DNA of 64,000 bases. It comes from Candidatus Nanoarchaeia archaeon. GTDB lineage: Archaea; Nanobdellota; Nanobdellia; Jingweiarchaeales; Jingweiarchaeaceae. Both the position numbers and the translations under genes were made by a program. Where the stretch lies: contig JAVZDD010000003.1 in assembly GCA_038874075.1 (NCBI GenBank), positions 25,488-89,487 on the forward strand, in the 5' to 3' direction. Of the stretch, positions 59,483 to 64,000 are shown piece by piece (position 1 is the stretch's first letter; each line of letters opens with the position of its first letter). The notes below the pieces were generated by a model. That model was not told the origin of the DNA. It worked only from the letters and a program-made list of their open reading frames with translations, and ran no database searches.

Positions 59483-59898
59483 TTTATTGCCCTTATTGGC
59501 TTTCTTGCTCCACAAGCAAGACATTTAATGAATGTGATTCTATCCTCTTTCTCAAACCTCGTGTCTGGTTTCTTACATTCAGCACATATCACAAATTCAT
59601 TGACATACTTCTCAATTTTACTATTTAACAAACTTGTTGGAAATCTACCTGTAAAAATTACCCTGTAGTCCTCAATGTTACCAGAAGTTGCAAGTTCTCT
59701 TGATAAGAATTTTAACAGATGGTTTATATCTCTTTTTAAATAATTTGATATGTGTGTTAGGTTGGTAACGATTGTTCTATTTCCCTGAATAAAAGATTCA
59801 ACTTTTGGAATCTCGAATCTAACTCTTTCTCTCACTTTTTCAGGTAAGTTTTTGTAAATCCTTTCAAGCATTTCATTATAATCGTATTCCATCCTCAC
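59479..59898 (-). CDS. eif2b: Translation initiation factor aIF-2 beta subunit
   Basis: YDYNEMLERIYKNLPE..., C-terminal zinc ribbon CAECKKPDT...CLACGA. 139 aa. Confidence 0.85.
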   Translation of the reverse strand: MRMEYDYNEMLERIYKNLPEKVRERVRFEIPKVESFIQGNRTIVTNLTHISNYLKRDINHLLKFLSRELATSGNIEDYRVIFTGRFPTSLLNSKIEKYVNEFVICAECKKPDTRFEKEDRITFIKCLACGARKPIRAIK

Positions 59899-60560
59899 TC
59901 CTCCAATATCTTGAACTTTCCAGGTTTTGGTTCATATATTTCGCTTTCCTCAAGCAGCTCCCTCAAAATTTCTTGACATTTTATTTTATCGCTAATTTCA
60001 TTTAAGATTTCTTTTATATCAACACCTTCCCCCTTATCTAAGCTTCTTATTATATTTAGAACTTTGCTCTTCATCTCAATTTCTTTTTCATCTAAAATCT
60101 TTTCCTCCTTGATCTGCACTTTTGTCTCTTCACCTTTTTCTTCTTCTTCCTTTTCAATTAATTTTTTTAGTTTTTCTTTTAAAATCATTATTTCAATTTT
60201 TCTTTCTATTTCCCAATTCGGATCGTCAACTTTTATGATTTTTTCCTCCACCAAATAGACTTCGTTTTTATACACATTTATTCTCCCAATTACATCGACA
60301 ATATCACCAATTTTTATTCCAGAAAAATTTTTGGATGGATCAAAACTTTTTATTCTTATCGTCTCGGTTCCATCGTCAAGTACAATAAAACCATACTTAT
60401 TATCCTCAGAAATAAAAATTTTCATTACGCTTCCAATTATTCTTGCTTTCCTGACATTTAATCCAAATTTTGTTCTTATTGTTCTGTTATCCTCTTTAGG
60501 TTCAGCATCCACGATGTCCTTAATTGTTAATTTATAAGCAGTGTCTATTTTTGTGAACAA
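59895..60560 (-). CDS. OB-fold protein with an acidic coiled linker and a C-terminal winged-helix-like domain (RPA32/Stn1-like architecture)
   Basis: ORF track. The OB-like core is ARIIGSVMKIFISEDNKYGFIVLDDGTETIRIKSF...GDIVDVIGRINVYKNEVYLVEE. The C-terminus is LNIIRSLDKGEGVDIKEILNEI. It lies next to mcm. The assignment rests on architecture only. Confidence 0.5.
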   Translation of the reverse strand: MFTKIDTAYKLTIKDIVDAEPKEDNRTIRTKFGLNVRKARIIGSVMKIFISEDNKYGFIVLDDGTETIRIKSFDPSKNFSGIKIGDIVDVIGRINVYKNEVYLVEEKIIKVDDPNWEIERKIEIMILKEKLKKLIEKEEEEKGEETKVQIKEEKILDEKEIEMKSKVLNIIRSLDKGEGVDIKEILNEISDKIKCQEILRELLEESEIYEPKPGKFKILEE

Positions 60561-60564
60561 TTTC

Positions 60565-62613
60565 TCACCTGAAAATCACGCGCTTTATGAATCCATGCTT
60601 CGGTTCAAATATCTCCCCGTCCCTTTTCATTTTGTCTATGACTTCCTCTGTTTTGGTTGCTTCTATGCCTTTTGATTTTGCCTCTTCGACAATTTCAGTG
60701 ATAGGTATTGGTGAGTCTTTATACTTATTTTCTAATCCAGCTATGATTTCTTTTACTGTAACTATTCTTGATCTTTGAGCAGTTGTTATCCCTGTAACGA
60801 TTCGATCGATATCAAATTGTCCGGTTTCGTAATCAATCCCCACTTCACTCAAGCAATGTCTTAGCAATCTTATTGCCCTTCTCGCATCGCTTCTCGTCAC
60901 GGTATTGCTCAATCTTACCCTTGCACTTGCCTCAGCCAGTCTTACTAGTGCTTCAAGTTGTCTTGGCGAGATTGGGATTGGTTTTACTTCAGATTCTGCA
61001 GAAACTGCTTTTCCTCTTAGTGTCGCATAAAAATTTTTTAATTCTTTTATTGCTTCGTCACTGAGTTTTGGTTTACATACGCGCTTTGCATATGCGATGT
61101 ACTTCTTTATCATTTCTGGTGGTATTACTGGATGTTTTAACTCTGGCTCTTTTGCAATTTCAAGCATATGGGTTGCAATTTTCTCATCTATCTCCCTTCT
61201 AGGTTTATCTTGTATTGTAAATATCAAATCAAATCTATTAATCAAAGTGGGTGGAATATCAATTTGTTCAGGTATTGGTTGATATGGGTCAAATCTTCCA
61301 AGTTTTGGATTAGCAGCAGCAAGTATTGTTGTTTCACATCTTAGCGTTGCTTGTATGTTCGCTTTTGATATTGTGACGATTTGTAGTTCCATTGCTTCAT
61401 GCATCGCAACCCTGTCATCTTTATCCATCTTATCAATTTCATCGATGCAGACAACCGATTTGTTCGCTAATACAAGCGCGCCGGCTTCTAAGCTCCAACC
61501 TCTTACGAATTCATCTCTCACAACTGCAGCCGTTAATCCAGCACCGGTCGTTCCTTTTCCAGACACATATCTTGCCTTTGGTGCCAATTTTGAGACATAT
61601 CTTAATAATTGTGATTTTGCCACACCAGGATCCCCAACAAGTAAAATGTGTATATCTCCTCTTCTTTCTGTCCCATCAGTCATAATTTTTTTCACACCAC
61701 CAAATAATTGAAGCGCAATTGCTTCTTTTATGATCTTATAACCATAAATTGTAGGTGCGATCGAATCCCTAAGTTTTTTGTATATTTTTGGATCAGAAGC
61801 GAGTTTCCTGATTTCTTTTTCATCCTCTGGCGTTAATTCAATCTCTTCAAACTCTTTTTCAGAGGGCAATATGTTATTGGCCTCGATCATTAAGTCATAT
61901 CTTGTTGATTCTCCACCCCCTTTTAATGGAAGTGGTACTTCAACCACAACACCGATTACTTGCACCCTACTTCCAGGGCATGTTTTCTTCACAATTTGTG
62001 GATCAACGAGATCCTTTCTTAAAAAAACACTAATCCTTCTTGGCTGTTCTCCACCTTCTAATGTTTCCGGACTTTCTTCAAGAACGATTCTCTGCGTATC
62101 AATAAATTTTCTTTTTATTACTTTAAATTTTCCCTTCCTTCCACAATTTGGACATCTGAATGGTTGGCGAATCATCCTTTCGTCTTGCTCCTGTTCTATC
62201 ATCGTTCCACATGCTGGACACTCAAAAGTAACTAAGCAAGAAACAGGTCTTACATCACTCGTTTGTCTTACTAGACCATCGATGCATATCAATTTCCCAA
62301 TGTGTTTACTTCTAATATCTTTGATGGCCACCATTCTGCTTTCTGGTAAATTGAAAAACCTAATTTCAATTTCTTTACTTTCCTCAAATGGCAGGTCTAT
62401 CGCATCTATTGAACGCTTGAATAACTCCAATGTTTTCATTGGTTCTTCAAGTAATAAATCAGCAATTTCTACACTGAACTTTTCTAATTCTTTGAAATTT
62501 ATGTTTACACTTGTCCTTCCTTCTTCAACGACCCTTGCCAATTCCTTAAAGTAAAATTTTTTCAAAAAATCTTCAAATTTCTCTATGATTTCCCTTTCCT
62601 CTATTTCACTCAC
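60565..62613 (-). CDS. mcm: MCM replicative helicase
   Basis: Zn motif CPACG...CPNCG, Walker A LLVGDPGVAKSQLL, Walker B CIDEIDKM, and arginine-finger region NRFDLIF. Confidence 0.95.
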   Translation of the reverse strand: MSEIEEREIIEKFEDFLKKFYFKELARVVEEGRTSVNINFKELEKFSVEIADLLLEEPMKTLELFKRSIDAIDLPFEESKEIEIRFFNLPESRMVAIKDIRSKHIGKLICIDGLVRQTSDVRPVSCLVTFECPACGTMIEQEQDERMIRQPFRCPNCGRKGKFKVIKRKFIDTQRIVLEESPETLEGGEQPRRISVFLRKDLVDPQIVKKTCPGSRVQVIGVVVEVPLPLKGGGESTRYDLMIEANNILPSEKEFEEIELTPEDEKEIRKLASDPKIYKKLRDSIAPTIYGYKIIKEAIALQLFGGVKKIMTDGTERRGDIHILLVGDPGVAKSQLLRYVSKLAPKARYVSGKGTTGAGLTAAVVRDEFVRGWSLEAGALVLANKSVVCIDEIDKMDKDDRVAMHEAMELQIVTISKANIQATLRCETTILAAANPKLGRFDPYQPIPEQIDIPPTLINRFDLIFTIQDKPRREIDEKIATHMLEIAKEPELKHPVIPPEMIKKYIAYAKRVCKPKLSDEAIKELKNFYATLRGKAVSAESEVKPIPISPRQLEALVRLAEASARVRLSNTVTRSDARRAIRLLRHCLSEVGIDYETGQFDIDRIVTGITTAQRSRIVTVKEIIAGLENKYKDSPIPITEIVEEAKSKGIEATKTEEVIDKMKRDGEIFEPKHGFIKRVIFR

Positions 62614-63155
62614 CTCTTTAATCTTCTTAAAACTCTGACTAGATTATCAACAGCCTGTTTAATTTCTCTTTCATTTTTTGCACCAGTACAAACAATCTTT
62701 CCAGTACCAAATAAGAGGAATGTGATGTGTGATGCTGGCACCTTGTACACCAATCCAGGAAATTGTTCAGGTTCATATTCAGCATTCTCCAATTTAAATG
62801 CCAAGTCGTTCAAGTTCAGTCTCATTCCAAGATTTCCACTTGCAACCATGTTCTGTATTTCTATGTCTGGCTTTGCTCTGATGTTGACCCCAGCTTTCCT
62901 GATTTCTTTTATTATCTGTTTTACTGCTTCCCCTACACCCCTTTCGCTCTTTGCACCAGTACAAACAATCTTTCCAGAACTAAAGACGAGCGATGTAATT
63001 CCTTCTTTATTTAGTCTCAATACCAATCCAGGAAATTGTTCAGGATTGTATTCTGTGTTCGGTAAGATACTTGCTACTTTTTCAAGTGGAATTTCTTTAT
63101 GTAGAGAAGCACTTGCAACAACATTTTCTATCCTTACTTGTTTTTTACTTTTCAT
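62610..63155 (-). CDS. tbp: TATA-box binding protein
   Basis: Two direct repeats carry PEQFPGLVLRL...SGKIVCTGAKSE and PEQFPGLVYKV...TGKIVCTGAKNE. Confidence 0.95.
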   Translation of the reverse strand: MKSKKQVRIENVVASASLHKEIPLEKVASILPNTEYNPEQFPGLVLRLNKEGITSLVFSSGKIVCTGAKSERGVGEAVKQIIKEIRKAGVNIRAKPDIEIQNMVASGNLGMRLNLNDLAFKLENAEYEPEQFPGLVYKVPASHITFLLFGTGKIVCTGAKNEREIKQAVDNLVRVLRRLKR

Positions 63156-63225
63156 CGCACCCCCTCCTTTTATTTATAAGATAGAAAAATTTATAAGGAG
63201 TTCCTTTATAAATACTTTTTCCGAA

Positions 63226-64000
63226 TTAAACAGGTGTAATTCCAATTAAAAATTCTCTATTTCTTATCTTGATTTTATCTACTTTCTTTTCAATCACTTC
63301 ACCCTTGTCCTTTACTATTAATCCACAATTTACTCGTGTCTCAATTTCTTCCCTGAACTTTTCCATCACATTCAAGAAATCACTATCACAAAGCACTACA
63401 AGTCTTATCCTATTTAATTTTCTTAAGTTCATTTCTTTTCTTATTTCTTGAACCCTTCTAATCAATTCTCTCACATAACCCTCATTTTCTAGCTCAGTAC
63501 CGGGTTCTATGTCAAGATAAACAAAACCGAATTTTGATTCATTTCCTACGATATTTTTTGGGAATTTCTTTTCAAACTTTATATCTTCTTCCAAAATCTC
63601 AATTTTTTTACCATCCTCTAAACTGATCACAAATTTTTTCTCTTTCTCAAGTGCCTTTTCAATCGATTTTGTGCTCATCTCCATAATCTTCCTAATTACT
63701 TCTGGAAGATCCTGCTTGAATTTTTTTTCAATGATTTCATAATTTACCTTATGTACCTTTTCAACGAAACTTGGTTCCCCCTCAAGGAAAACTACTTCCT
63801 TTACATTTGCAAGTTTTTTAATTACATTGTCAAAATCATGAAGATCTTCTTTCGTGATTATAAATGCCTTCCTTAAAGGCCACCTTAAACTTATGTTCAC
63901 TCTATCCCTACAAGCTTGCAATGCTTGCACGAAATCCCTCACAATTTGCATTTTCCTCTCGAGCTCAACATTAATTTTTGTTTCGTCAAAGGACGGCCAT
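63226..64000 (-). CDS. ileS: Isoleucyl-tRNA synthetase, C-terminal part (N-terminus lies beyond position 64000)
   Basis: The frame stays open upstream of the listed Met to the window edge (WPSFDETKINVELERKMQIVRDF...). R.RWPL and EGYVRELIRRVQEIRKEMNL are characteristic of archaeal-type IleRS C-termini. Confidence 0.75.
   Translation of the reverse strand, partial: WPSFDETKINVELERKMQIVRDFVQALQACRDRVNISLRWPLRKAFIITKEDLHDFDNVIKKLANVKEVVFLEGEPSFVEKVHKVNYEIIEKKFKQDLPEVIRKIMEMSTKSIEKALEKEKKFVISLEDGKKIEILEEDIKFEKKFPKNIVGNESKFGFVYLDIEPGTELENEGYVRELIRRVQEIRKEMNLRKLNRIRLVVLCDSDFLNVMEKFREEIETRVNCGLIVKDKGEVIEKKVDKIKIRNREFLIGITPV

Noticed and set aside
60064-62554. Plus-strand ORFs inside mcm and the OB-fold gene, including the 258-aa ORF 61778-62554
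   Set aside because: They are antisense to MCM, whose Walker A/B, Zn and arginine-finger motifs are unambiguous. S/L/F-rich shadow translation.

Overview
Compact, AT-rich archaeal chromosome segment. The GC-rich islands are RNA genes: 16S, 23S, RNase P RNA and five tRNAs. The right half (about 29-64 kb) is mostly housekeeping. It holds unlinked 23S and 16S rRNA genes with ValRS, tRNA-Ala and two small protein genes wedged between them, plus PriS primase, three KaiC-like ATPases and glycosyltransferases. It also holds an almost gap-free 10-gene minus-strand string: TBP, MCM, OB-fold protein, aIF2beta, DUF424, aIF1A, RIO kinase, KH protein, topo VI B, topo VI A. The left 28.6 kb is a cell-surface locus with four parts. 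(i) A giant minus-strand ORF runs from 16404 to the window edge (at least 5468 codons). It is absent from the ORF track because it has no stop inside the window. It has an N-terminal winged-helix-like cytoplasmic domain, one TM helix and a repetitive, sequon-rich ectodomain built from about 320-aa modules. (ii) A 727-aa secreted propeller-like protein has a C-terminal domain of about 140 aa that is homologous to two small N-anchored proteins encoded nearby. (iii) A LamG-domain protein sits next to a MinD/ParA-type ATPase that is translationally coupled to a bitopic surface protein. (iv) A divergent, tightly overlapping operon carries a duplicated two-gene cassette (small subunit-like protein plus C-terminally anchored Ig-like protein), followed by two large stalk-anchored surface proteins. 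I interpret this, as inference, as a candidate undescribed archaeal surface filament or adhesion apparatus, plausibly from a DPANN-like episymbiont. Other items: a 47-nt insertion splitting the universally conserved GUUAAGUC loop of 16S rRNA; an intron-containing tRNA-Ile with anticodon UAU; RNase P RNA overlapping the 3' end of a TrmB-family regulator gene; a perfect 32-nt palindrome upstream of the giant gene; and genes under 60 aa that the ORF track misses (Sec61beta, L41e). I saw no CRISPR array, transposase or integrase.
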